Source: Perna viridis
Taxonomy: Eukaryota
DNA: 64,000 nucleotides
Assembly: GCA_037379345.1 (NCBI GenBank)
Contig: CM074511.1
Location: 46,692,862-46,756,861, forward strand
Direction of reading: 5' to 3'
Below the pieces are notes generated by a model that worked only from the letters and a program-made list of their open reading frames with translations, was not told the origin of the DNA and ran no database searches. Below, in pieces: positions 26,672-40,500 of this stretch. Numbering within the stretch: the first letter of the stretch is position 1; each line of letters starts with the position of its first letter. Both the position numbers and the translations under genes were made by a program.

Positions 26672-29600
26672 GTAAATGTTTTAAAGTTTTTTGTATGTTC
26701 GAAAAAAGAAGAGGGTTACAAAGTTTGTGTACATTGAGGAAATAAATAGTTTAAGTTTCAAAGGTTAATTAGAGGTAACGTGGTGCATTGATTGCAAAGA
26801 TACATTTAATTTTTTAAAGACAAGTGAAGAAGAATCGATAAAGCGATGTCCATTCGGCTTTATCGGACATTGGATTTTAAATTAAACTTCTGCAGCAGAT
26901 AACGATCAATTTTCTTGGAATCATCATTGTCTTGTGAATTTGAGTAGATTAGTGATTCTGGCATTGTAAAAATCAGTTAGCTACTTAACGGTACAGTAGA
27001 TCATCTTTACTACGATTTTCGCTTCATTTTGAAAAAAAGGTGAAAATGTCAAATTATGATAATTTTGTGTGTTCATTTATGATTTACCCTTGGGTCGTTT
27101 TCTTAATGTTTTTTAAACATATTATGACTAAACAATGATACATTAGACAAGGATTAAGCTTACTTGGGACACTTGCACAAGTTTAATAATAGGATGCTGA
27201 ATTGCGTAGATCTAGCAGACGAATTTCGGATCTTAAAGGTCTTTCGGGAGGGGTCAACATTTTTTATTTGTTTCGTTTTTGACAAATGATAATTAATGTT
27301 TTATTATCCTAATCTATGTAAAAACTAACACAGTAACGAGCGATGTAATTTCTTAAGTTATTAAACACACTGCATATCTGAAACGGAAAGATAAAATTGA
27401 ACTGTACAATTTCTTTTTATGAAATCAGAGAAGTTGCCCTATTGTTTAAATTGCTTGTTTAATCAAGGGCATTTGTTAGGCTCCAGATGGAATTTACAAT
27501 ATTACTGCATATGAAACTTAAGATCACTGGTTTAGATACAAAAACGTAAATAATGACAATGACCACAATGTATTGAGATTTAAATGTTTTCAAGTGCCAA
27601 TGTAATTAAAGTGACAACACTGTAGAAATTTAGTCATAAAAGTGGATTTTAGTCATTTAAGTGTGATCAACTTTTCTAAACTGATTTGATTTTAATTTTA
27701 ATACTTGACAGTTTAATTATGAAAATATGTTAGACTTTGAAATGGATACTGTAGAAAGTTGAATTAGAAAGGGTCAAATTTCTGGTGAAAATAGCTAAAA
27801 TTTCCAAGTATCCCATATGCTGATCAGTTTGACATATTAATGCCTCTTGTCTCCAGCCATTGATTGATCTCATGTAGAACCAACCTATCACAGAATTTTC
27901 TGATAGTTTTAAAATTGTCTTTACATGATAACAATACTTGGACCTTTTCATTGCATTATTTGAGTTATAAGCTGTCATTATGATAAGTTTGTGATTTAGC
28001 TTGGTAATCTATCAAAATTTTCTTGTTTTCAGTAATGAAATACTGACCAAAGGCAATAAACATGTAAACATAACATCAGTGTAGAAATAAAACCACTCCT
28101 TCAATTCCTTATATGGATAATTTAATGTTTAGTAGTGTTTCAAGGAGATCTGACTTTTTTATGTTTCTCTCAAACAGTTGGAATATGTCACCTTCTTGTC
28201 AAATAGCAATTTGAAATATCACTTCAAAGGAATTACTAATTTAAAGACTTTGTCTTAAAGTGATTTGGGAATTAAAACATAAAATACAAGGTAAAAATCA
28301 ATAATTTTCTTCACATTTCAATCTTTGATAAGAAAAATATGAAACTTCAAGCTCTTTATCAGCAAAATTCAGGCACATTTATTCTGTTTGCTAAATGAAT
28401 GAACGTACATGCTTTTTACTCAGTTAGCTATTAATTACCATCAGCAAACAATTGACAGCAAAAGTCTTTAAATCAATTTTGTAAAAAAAAAGATATAACT
28501 GAAGCCTAAGGAATATCAATAGTAGCTGATTTTTTCCCTTAATCTTTTGTTTGATTAGCAATAAAATATGCTGGTTCATATTTAAGATAATGCATCTTTC
28601 ATCAGGACCATTGTAAGTACAGGAGTTTTTAATGGCTCCCCATGTGTTAATAATTTCTCTTATCAAAATAGTATACTAGTTATATATATTAGTTTTGTTA
28701 CTTTGCAAGTATTTTTGTATAAGTTACTTGTAGAAGGAACATCCCCATCACATGTACATTTAATTTAACATCACAGTCAAGGATCACCCATACTGTAACT
28801 GTCATGAATTATAACCTCTACTTGCAGAAACAACAGAAATATGAATTAATTGTTTTGAGCTGCACCTTTGAGAAGTAAAAAGAAGCCATATTGGAATTTT
28901 GATGTTTTGCTTGCTGAAGAGAATTCCATGGTAAATATGAATTGCTTCACCATCCATGCATGCAACCCTAATGTGTCCCTGGGTTTGAAGTCTGGTTTGC
29001 CATTATTGATAATGTACTGTAGAACCTCAAATAATTAATTTCTGAAATTAAAACAAAAATCTTTCAATTTAATTTTTTTTAAATTTGATTTTAAAAATTT
29101 AAATTAATATTAGATTAATATTGATGTATTGTGAAAAGAGCAGTCTTACAACAAGCTGTTGAATTTGAATTAAATAATTGATTCTTTTTGCCATAAACCC
29201 AATTTTTCCAAAGTAAAATCTTTTTAAAGTTTTATGCATTTTGAAATAATACAGTAACAGATGTTTTGAATTAAAAATGTAAGAGGTATCTAAAGGATAG
29301 CTTTCATTGATTAAAGATAATTTCTTGTACAAATTAAGGCATTTGCATGTTTTTAAGCTTAAAATGTGTTAATTCCCTTCTTACATAATATCTTTGGGAG
29401 AGATGTACAGCATCATAGGGGTCCTCATGCAGGGGGGAAAACAATGACATTTGGTCTTAGTGAATGATGAGAATTTTGAATTACTACTTTCTTAAGGTCC
29501 ATTGGGGGTTGTATGAATATTAACTTTCTTTTATCTTTGGTTAATATGAAATATTAATGACACTGAAAAACTTGTATATCTTCAGTACTAGTATAATGTA

Positions 29601-32600
29601 ATATTATTGTAAACAGATGCTGGATAATTACTATAACCTTTTCAAATATGTAAAACTTTATCCCAAAGCTTGCTTCAGATATTGTCTAATAATACATCTG
29701 GGTAATTACTTTAATTCAAAGTTTGGATAACATGCTGATGATTATATGGGCAGTTAGGGGTTAAATATGACTATAATATTCCATCTCGGGCAATTGGCTG
29801 TTAGGGTTATTATGCTAATAGCTAATTTTCTAAGTTTAAAATAAATACATTGAATCTATGCATATCCACATTATTGTGATTAATAGAATTTAACCTTCAA
29901 TAAACCAATCTTAAACAAACAGTGATACCCATCCCTGGAAGTTTATTGCCAATTAAAACTTCTCCACATTTCTTCAAAACATATTTCAATCTGGCATTTT
30001 CTTTTGACATATCTAAAAGAAACATTAAAAAGAAATCAATTAGTTCAGTAACACATATATAAACAGTGGTGTCCATTTACCCAAGATTATTGAAATTGTG
30101 ACTTAGTTTAAGCAAAAATGTTTCAACTAATATTTTAATGATTTAAAAGTGGAGAGCTTGTAAAATTAGTTTGATTTAATATGGCATGTAGAGTATTAAT
30201 AATTTTGATACTGCTGGTAAAACCCCATCTCACTTATTATATTCATATGTTTGACATACTGTTTAATTACAGAGCATGCTGTTGTGTTAAATGCCACTTT
30301 TACTTAAGTACTAAATTGTCTGATATCCATCTCCCCCTCTACCTTCATTTTACATTGTATAAGACACCATAGAAAGCTTCTGATCAAAAGATGAGGATTA
30401 AGATGAATATCAAATCATTTGGAATGCTTTCAAAGTATCTGATTAATCCTTGATTGGATTTCATTCAGGATCTTTCAGGAATATTACTGTCCTGTTTAAT
30501 TAAGGGGTTAATATGGGTTAACTGAAAACAAAGGAATTTTATCATTACTCATATTTCGTCGAATTGTTGAAATTAACACCCTTGAAAGGTTCTCCAATTC
30601 CATTATTTCAATCAAATGAAATGGAAATAAAAAAAATCTTAAGTGAGACAAATCTTCATGTCATGATCTCAGAATTTAGTGTCAATTTGCAGTTATAAAA
30701 TTTCTAAGAAGATTGAATGTTCAGCTTCATGCTGGTAGCGATTTAAATTTAATGCCAGTCGTCATGTCATTAATTAGATGTTATTAAACATTTTGACATG
30801 GGTCAGTTGTATATTACTACAAAGATCAGTTCATTATAACATTATGTAACACTTACAGTGATTGATGAGCTTGTTATATAGGGATATTGTATCAGATTTA
30901 TGATGGAAAGACAAAGTAGTTCAGCTATTATGGTAGGCATCTACATGTAAATGATCATAAGTACATGTAGTAAGATCAGATTATAGTTGATCTTCTACAT
31001 GAATAGCTATAAGATATTTATAATGAATTTAATGAGATAAAAGGTGTGGATTTAAAAGATACATATACCACGTTATACTTTTATAGCACCTGAAGTGATG
31101 CACAAGTTATCATGATAGTCAAAATTTCACTGATAACAATCTTCAACTTGTAAATAAAAATCTTTTGAAAATGTTTGTTTATAACATGTAAATTACTGTT
31201 AGCAATGATTGATAAGAACAATAAAAATGTATAAATGATAATTACTCCATTTCAGATAGATTTATTTCTCTACCTAAACTTTCACCCTGTAGAGCACCCC
31301 TGCTCTTAGAATCTTGTTATATGTTTAATTAGATATCAAAGTTTTTGTATCAAACAGATAGATAATTTTAATTTCTTGCTGTATAGTTAGTATAAAACAT
31401 GCGTCAGTGTCGCTATAAATGGGCAATGAAATATGATCCTGCAATGTAAAGATTTACTGAGGGATATCTGGCCTAAATCTTTCTACTGACCATATGGTCA
31501 AGACTAAATTCCACATAAAACTCTAGATAATAGCTTTAGTCATCTCTTATTCCATCAATAATAATTAGCATATTTAAAATCTTCTGTAATGAGTTATTGA
31601 TTATGGAGTTTTTCAAGATTTGTCAGTTCCTCAAATCTGGATTCCATTTACCATGAAACTTATTTGATTCTGATATAAACAAAATGATGGACATCAGGTT
31701 TGAAAGATCAAAGTAAAATAGAGTATTTGGTTTAAGTGTTGTTGGCACCACTTAATATATTCTAACTATCATCATTTTTAAAGATGATAAAAATATGGCT
31801 CTTTGACCTTGGTCTTTTATCCCAATTTATGTTTCTTGAATTGGAAATACAGCTGTTGTTTGAAAAATTAAAATCTTTTTACAAAGATAATTGAAAAAAC
31901 ATATATACCAATTTAATAGAACTGAAGCAAATTAAGAGGAAGTATCTGAACATAATGTATATTCTGTACAGGGGATCAAAAGGGGTTCTTAAGTGACCAT
32001 TGTAAAAACAATTATCTTTTAATAAGATGAAAGCTTTTTAAAGAAATGAGGAACAGTTTTTTTATTTAAATACTGTGTGCAAACATTGATTGTTGTTTCT
32101 ACAGTTAACACTTACATTAGTTATCAAAGGTTTCTTTAATGGCAGATTTAACTCAAATTAAAATGATTCACATTTTGTTCTCTTGAAAACAGATTTATTT
32201 AAATAATTAAAGTTAAATCCTTTTTAAAAGATTATGTAAGACTTATAGCTCAGCTCAAACAGGATTAACACACTGAGAAATAGTAAATTTGATAAAAATT
32301 TCATTTTAAAAAAGAACATTTGAAGGATTATGTTACATTTAAAGTTAAGTGACTTAAAGCTGCCTGAAGAAGAAAGGTAATGTTCTTTATAGTAGAGTTT
32401 TTGCTCTTTCCTTAGAAATTCAAAAGTGACCTCTTGTAATTATTTTCCTATCACACTTGTGCCTGTTTTCCTGTGGAATATTCAAATCTGTTCTAAATGA
32501 GTCAGAAAGAGAAATGTGACATTTGTTTGATCAAGATCTTGCCAAATAAATTGTAAAATTTTAAATTGGATAATGATAGTTATTGATGATTTTATGATCT

Positions 32601-35600
32601 TTTTACTAAGCTACTGAGAAATGTTCCATGGGACTTATCATCAGAAACATGTGAAATTAATGGGGCATTCATTTACATTTTTTAAAGCTTTGATGATTGA
32701 AAGTTTAATCAATTTTGAAACTGAAAATTAATTTCACTTCAGTTGCATTAATTTTGAATTAACATGGGTAAAAGTTAGCATGGCATCAGGTATCCTGGGA
32801 ATAGGATTAACAGAAAAATATGTCCTCTGACATTAGTGCTAATTAAATGATGAGGAAAGAGAAATAATGCTAGGTATTGGATGAAATGGCAATTTAAAGA
32901 CAAAAAAGTCATTTCAGATTTTTAACAGTTAAGTTTTTATTGATAAAGTTGTTATTTATTATTAAATGGCATCAGAATAAAAAAAATTAAGACTTACAAT
33001 ATAACCTATCATTGGCAACAATAAAGTCGATCGTGGAAGTATGAAAACATAAACCAATAATTACCCTATATTGAATTTTTAATCAAAAGGTCAAAATACT
33101 AAATTCATGTTCCAAAAGTAACTGAGATCAATCATGTTATACGTGAGGTGTGTAATTTGGAATGATCTGCACTGGGAAATTAAGATATTCTTATATGTCT
33201 TAAGGTATCTAATCTATAAATGTTTTTTTGGTGAACTCCACTTTTACCATGTTCAAGTATTGGGAAGGTCAAGAAAATCAGTACTTGTGTTGTATAACAT
33301 TTTCACACTATTTGACACAAGTTAGGAAATTTAACACTGAATGATAAATTATTGGTTATGTAATATTACCAGATAAGTTGGTTAGTAGTTAAGGGTGGGG
33401 ATGTCTTAGCATGGGGGCAGGCCATGATGTTTGAACTCTTTGTTTTATCCCTTTCTGTTTAAATATAAACTTCCTTATCATCTATAATCTGCTAACATGC
33501 TGGCCAGCGAATGTTTATACTTTAATATGAAACATACTAAAAAATTTGTTTCTGAATTTATCAACCTGGGGGCATTTATCAATCAACACCATGTATCCAC
33601 TATCAACTTCAGGAAGTTAGAAGAGGATTTATTTAAAATAATTTAAACATTTATACCTCATCTGTAAATACTGCTATTAGGGATAAGGATGGAAAAAATG
33701 TTGTAGTAGACTTAATAAATGTAGAAAGGTATGTAAATTTTAGTGAAGTAGAATAAGTTTTATATGTAGCATTAGGTGACACATGTTTTTTTTAAAGAAT
33801 GAACTCTCTCCTGAATGGACAAATTATTGATTCCAACACCAAACTTTTCATTTCTCGTAAAAATGAAGTAAAAAGTTATATTTTCCTGAAAATTTCTAGT
33901 ATAATAAAATCATTCCATGGATTTTATAGACTTTTGATACTTTTAACATCTGCTGCATAAATTTTAATCAAGTTTTATGAACTTTAAGGTCCCATGATCG
34001 ATAAAAGTCTTTTCACAAAATGTCATTGTAGTCATTAACTTAGACTTAAAAAATAGAATAGGTGTTATTTAGCATGGGCCCAGTGATTCATATAACTCTG
34101 AAAAACAAACCCTAACTGCATTATTGATCATTAAAATATCCATTTTAAAATAAAACACAAAATGTAAAGAATTATTGTGTGATACTAAACCACAATGCAA
34201 GCTGCAGATTTTGAGTCATCTTATTGAGTTATTTCCCCTCAATCAAATTTTAAACTTTAATGCAATCTGCAGATTTTGCAATCATCTTATTGAGTTATTT
34301 CCCCTTAATCAAATTTTGAAATCTGATTCATGTATCAGCCTTGGAGACCTTTTTTTTTCTCTCTCAGCAAATTTAGTCATCTTTCAAAACATTTTTCTTA
34401 TAAAACTCATAAATAACATGTTTATTGTCACTTGTCATGACTTTTATTTTTCAAATTTCTGACATGTGTCAAAAAGGATGTGGCCATATAAACCCTCTCA
34501 GAATGAACAGCCTATCATTGCAGGATGGTGAACATGTTAAAAATTTGAAATTTCTTCATATTATTTAATTTGGTTATAATTCAAGGGTCACTAGGACAAG
34601 TCATCTCTTTCTGACTTGAGTGAAGACATTGTTTGAGAATTAAACAACCATTTAATGTGTAATTAATGACCAAATCTGAAATTTGTTGTGAGGGTGCCCC
34701 TGATTTATGGGTCATAGCCTTAATAAATAAAATTAATTGTCATCAGATGTTCTTTTGTTACAACTTTAACTTACTGGAATTCCAAAGTTTTCTTATGAAA
34801 GTATTTCATACATAATGTCTGTGAAAACTTCCACAATCATTTTAAAGCATTCTTAAAAGTGATTTAAATAATTAATGTGATAAACATAGCAAAATCAAGG
34901 TTTTATAGAAGTGCTAAAATTTCTTGCAGAGTTCTAATATTTGAAATATTACACCATATGCCTAATTTCAGCTTTCACACTTTAATTCAGACCATAATCA
35001 TGGTTTTTGCTAATGACAGAATAACTGTAAATTTAATGGTCATTTATTGAGCCTTTTGTAAAGCCCACCTGTCTATTTTAACAATACCAAATCATATTTC
35101 TATTTGGTTAAAAAAACCTCTCACCTGTTGTTATCAGATAATTTTCTTTTGTTAGATTTCAGTAATTTGGCCTGTAAATAAACATGTAGGTTGTTTATTA
35201 CATTTCATTTCATTTCCAAATTAATTATATATTATAGGTGTAATAGATGCTTCTAACATTACAGATCCAATTTTTTTTCAAAAGAGGCTGTTATCACTTT
35301 TAGAGTTGTTACATGCTATTGCAAGTAAAATGGACAATAGCAACCTCGGAAAATGAACATGTTGTGTTAATTAAGCCTGGACTAATAAATACTGTGAATT
35401 ATTGATGGTCTATGGAAAAATCTTTTGAATTTGACTTGTCAATTTCAATTAGAGGCTTCAACATGAACATATGTAAGAAACATATGTAGATAATTTTGCC
35501 ATAACACAAACTCATTTTGGAATTGTTGGATTTGATTGGAAATGTAAGTTTTTATGCTTCATTATATCTGTGTTTCAAATAGGAAGTTATTTAGGAAAAA

Positions 35601-37524
35601 AAAATTAAGAAGTTTTTGTAAGAATAATTTGTAGATAACAAAGTTTTTGTTAATTAAATCACACATGTGTATCTATAATTATACAAAGATCTCTTTAATA
35701 TTTGTATGTTAAATTTATGTATCATGTATTTTAAGTGGATGTTCCAAGTTAATTTATTGTGCAGATTTATTTTAGTGATGTTCAATGTTACACTACATCA
35801 TACATGTACATGTATGTCTAAATAGATTTCAATGAGAATCAAGAGATGAGTATTTTGATAAGTTCAATCAGTACACTGTCGGTAGTAGCTAAGGATGCAA
35901 TTGGCTTGGCAGTATATTTTTAGAAGCAAATAGATCAGAAAATGGAATTCATTGTTGTTGTTTTTGATGAGAGAAAATATCAATTATTAAAACATATCAT
36001 ACTAATAAAAACTTGGTAGGTTTCCATGACAACAAAATTGTGGAAAAAAAGTTTTAAAATGAGATCATAGATCAAGCATTTATTATCTTGTCAATTAAAA
36101 TGTCATTACTGAACAGAAAAGAAAATTGTTTTTGTCTCTTGATCTTGGATTTTTTAAAAGCTTTTAGTGCAAAATTATTTTTTAAGGGATATGACAAAAT
36201 ATAAATTTCATAATTGTCAAAATACATTAATGTACAGCCTCTTTAATTTTATAACAATTGCATGTTGTGTTGTCTTTATATTATTTTAAAAGCATTTATA
36301 ATGGATCAAAAGAAAGACAAATCATAAAAAGCAATTAAATGAAAAATGATACATGGTTGTTGAGCAGAATTTGTCTTCCATTTCTGATTTCCTTTAATCA
36401 TCTTTTATTTAGCATAATTTTTAAGGGGGTAAACTGAAAAGAGGAATTTAATTGATGCATTTTCCACATAATTAAATATTAAATGCATAAAGTACATGCA
36501 CACATGAACAGTTGAAGGAAATAACCTGTATGTAATTGGTTTTTTTTATTATCAGTTGTACATATGTTACTTCTTTTTTTTTCATGTACAAATCAGATTT
36601 AATAATTCTCAAGATATGATTAGACAAAAATATTCAATTTGTAAAAAAGTCGATAGACTATAAGACCTTGAGTCTACCTATACAAGTATTTGTCCAACCC
36701 TTTCCATTTTAACTTTATTGCCTAGCTTATGGAAGGTCATTAACAGAAAGCTTTATAACTCCCAATCTGTTGCTCTAATACCTTTATAACACATGCTAGC
36801 AATCTTTAAATTTAAAATGAAACATTCTGCTTTAAATTTCCACATCTTGTAACATCTGAGCTCATGTTTCAATACCTGCAGTTTTATATAAATGAAACTA
36901 AAGGATTCAATTTTCTAAGGATTTCATTTATTGTGTTGCAACAAGGAGGTAAGTTTCTAATAAAACAAGTGGAATATGTGATAATATATCATTCATGATT
37001 CCATTGTTTCTACTTTTTTTTCCCTGGAGAAGTCTTTATTTAGGATCATTCTATTCTAAGGTGTGTAATTACATATTTCTGGTGTCACATATACACACAT
37101 ATTTGTGCCCTATCTTGTACTTACTTTATGTGGCAGTCTTTAAACAACCTACATATTGATTGCATGGTCAGATATGGCTAGCTTTGATCAATATAGTTTT
37201 GAAACTTTGATCCAGATTTTGTAGTGCTGATAATCAGCAACCAAATATAGATATAATTCAAAATGGATGTGAAAGGTCATCTTTGTATGGTCTCAACATC
37301 ACCTTCTTTTATTTCTTAACATATCTGATACAAAAGTTTTTTATGGATTTTTGCAGGACAGTGGTATTTATTCTCAGTCATCTTGTAAGGAACTTGACAT
37401 TTTTACCATAAACATGGAAAATGTTAAAAATACCCTGCAGCAAAACTTTGATGTTTATTATTTATTAATATTTTATAAATATACATGTAGTTATGTATTT
37501 GACAATTTTTTTTTCTACTTACAG
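26672..37524 (+). other. Putative ~10.9-kb 5'-UTR intron of the zinc-finger gene (may contain further non-coding exons)
   Basis: Donor at 26672 and strong acceptor TTTTTTTTTCTACTTACAG| ending at 37524, 73 nt upstream of the ORF start. CpG-depleted throughout. Confidence 0.55.
34200..34322. repeat. ~65-bp tandem duplication
   Basis: TGCAGATTTTG...TCATCTTATTGAGTTATTTCCCCT.AATCAAATTTT at 34203 and 34268. Confidence 0.85.
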
Positions 37525-37597
37525 AATTTATGTAATGGTGGAATAGTACTTCAACAAAATCAATTAATAGAATAACGTAGAAGATTATATCATTTTA

Positions 37598-40500
37598 ATG
37601 GTTGTTCAAGACAACAACGAGCAGATGTTAGCCATGGATGTCTTAGCTTTTGACAAAATGAAGGGCAATCGCCGAAAACAAAGCAAACCCATAAGGGTGT
37701 CAAACAACCCTGATAGTGAAGGTATAGAACCAAACAAGTTTGTTGGACAGCCTGAGGCTGAGTTTCCAAACAATGGCAATGACATTGAGAACAGGAGTGA
37801 GTCTGAAGCTTATGATGTAAGATCTGAGAAGGAATCCGATATTAATGGCAGAGAAAATGACAATGCAACGACAGAAAATAACAATAAGCTAATGTCATCC
37901 TTCCAGGGAAGCAACCCAGAAAGTTATCCAACAAAATATCATCGCCTTGGAAGTGAGCTTTTCCAGCCAGCTTTCCCTACTAATGGGAATAGTCCTCCAG
38001 AAAGAAGGGAATCAGCACATATGAATGGAGAAGACAGATTAAATGATATGCTTGAAAAGAGCCCAAACTCAGATGAGGAGGGAAAGAAAGTTGATGGTGG
38101 AAATCGTATATTCCACCAAGATGCATACTGTGAAATCTGTGACAGAGAATTTTGCAATAAATACTTCCTGAAGACACATAGAGCCAATAAGCATGGCATT
38201 TTTGATAATTCCACTTCACCAGTCTCAACAATGGGCTCTGGCTTGTCTCTACCTCAAGACATCATCACAACTGCATCACCTGTACAACCACCAACATTGA
38301 CCACTTCATCTTCATTTAAAGTTATGGATTTCATTCAGAACCTTCCAGCAACTGAACCTAAAATTAAGAAACCAGAGACTCCTAAACCTTTGAAACCGGA
38401 ATCAAAGTCACCTCTTCTGCCAAATCCTCCATCAACACCAACAACACCTGTTGGTTCAAATGTTAGCAGTGGTGCTAACACCAATAACAGCAATAGCAAA
38501 CCTGTATCTAAAGATATGGAGGATTTCTGTGAGCTTTGCCAGAAACATTTCTGCAACAAATACTACCTCAAAAAGCACAAGAATGATGTCCATGGCATTG
38601 CTCCCCCAGATGGTTCATCTACTTCTAACAAACGTGGAAGACCAAAAGATCTACAGGCACAACTGGATGCTATTACTTCATCTACTATGTCACTTGGGAA
38701 TCCAACTTCCTCTTCATCTGCTCTGTCATCCTTCATGCCACCACATTCTTTGCCAAACATGCCAGGACTACCAAATATGCCTCCTGGTGTCATGGTTTTA
38801 AATCCATTTATGGCACCGATGCTTCTTCATGCTGGAGGACTCATGCCAAACCAAGGAGGACTACCAACTCCACCCATGATGTCACAACCTCCACCAACAT
38901 CCCCTACTCCACCTCCAATGCCATCAAGATCAACTGCCAATACTCCACCCCCATCTTCTGGTCCTAACTCTGGTGATCAGACCCCAACATCTAATGGTGC
39001 TTTGAATCAGGAAGCCTATTGTGATTTATGTCAAAAAGAGTTCTGCAACAAATATTTCTTGAAGATCCACAGAGCCAATAAACATGGTGTTTTCTTTGAT
39101 GATTTTCCATTTGGTCCACCAATACCACCATACAAGATGCCTCCAATGTTTCCAGAAAAGCCTACCTCTGAAAAACCTGAGTCTGCTAATGATGAAGAAA
39201 AGAAACAAGACAGCAGTCCAAAGGCAGGGACATCTCTTGTATCAAACCAGGATAACTCTGGTACATACTGTAACCTGTGTAACCAGGAGTTTGCTAGCAA
39301 GTACACATATCGTATTCATCGTATTCAGATTCATGGTATGCTGAATGAAGCCTATGAGGGTGCTCTGATGGAGGACATCATGAAAAACTCCATGAAAGAT
39401 AGAATTGAATCTCAGATGAAAATCTCTCCTAATTCTCTTGCCAAAATGGAAATGGATGACTATTTCAACAATAGAATGATGGAAAATGGAATGTCAACCA
39501 TGTTCAGTAATATGGTAGCTGCCAAACTTGCCGACCGTGTCACCTGTGATATCTGTAACAAGATACTCTGCAATAAATACTTTTTGAAAGTTCACAAACA
39601 GAAAGTTCATGGAGTAGAACCCAGTCCTGAACAAGATCTCAAACTAGATATCATTAAATCTCACCATAATGAACCTAGTCCTGCCAAATCCATGAAAATA
39701 GAACCGTCAGATCCAAGTCCAAAACTTCCTTCATCATTTGGACCAACATTTCCTATGTCATATCCAAAGACAAGTGATGCACCACTTAATATGTCTCCGA
39801 ACTCTGTCGAGAAGCCATCAAAAGAGGAGCTTGTCAAAATGGGCATTGATCCAGAGGCATATTGTGAAATTTGCAAGAAAGAATTCTGCAGCAAGTATTT
39901 TCTGCGTACCCATAAACTCAATATCCATGGAATAAGAAGTGACAAACCTGAAACACCAGAAACCGACAAAATGGCATTCTTGAACATGAATATGTCACTT
40001 AGTCAACCAACGATGGCAATGAATCCATGTAGCCTGTCAATGGCTATAAATCAAAACAATACACCGCTTAACCTTAGTCTGGGAGGCAACAAAAAAGGCA
40101 AAAATGGTTATGAGAAACACTCATGGAGATGGAAGGAACCAGTCAACTCTTCACGAGTCATCTGTGAGATCTGTAACAAAGAGGTCTGCAATAAGTACTT
40201 CCTAAGAACACATAAGCTAAACAAGCATGGAATCTTGCCAAGTGAAACATCACTTTCTCCAAGTCGAAACTCACCATATCAGTCAGAATTTGATACTCAG
40301 AGCAACTCCTCATTGCCAACTGATCTCAGCATGAAGGAGAGGAATAGTAGCAGTCCTATGGCTATGCATCTTGATGGCAACATGTCACGACCAAGTAGCA
40401 TATATGGACTTGAACACAAAAGAGATTCTGATGAAAATGAAAATTCAGAATACTCATACACTGAAATCTGTCAACTGTGTGATCAGAAATTTAAGAACTT

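Larger units (their letters stand above)
26260..27400. promoter_or_regulatory. CpG-retaining island / candidate bidirectional promoter
   Basis: About 30 CpGs in ~1.1 kb by eye, versus a few per several kb on both flanks. Core motifs: CGCCATTTT (26592-26600), TTCTGGGAAT (26610-26619), AAGATGGCG (26633-26641). Confidence 0.75.

Noticed and set aside
28033-28290. Possible extra + strand 5'-UTR exon (TTGTTTTCAG| ... AAG|GTAAAA)
   Set aside because: Such signals arise often by chance in AT-rich introns; this cannot be supported without RNA data.
37351-37575. 74-aa ORF just upstream of the CDS
   Set aside because: TTG start, spans the polypyrimidine tract and acceptor, and stops before the CDS in another frame.
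37939-39987. Several 60-116-aa ORFs overlapping the zinc-finger CDS on other frames or strands
   Set aside because: These are shadow ORFs of a real coding region with higher GC and show no independent motifs.
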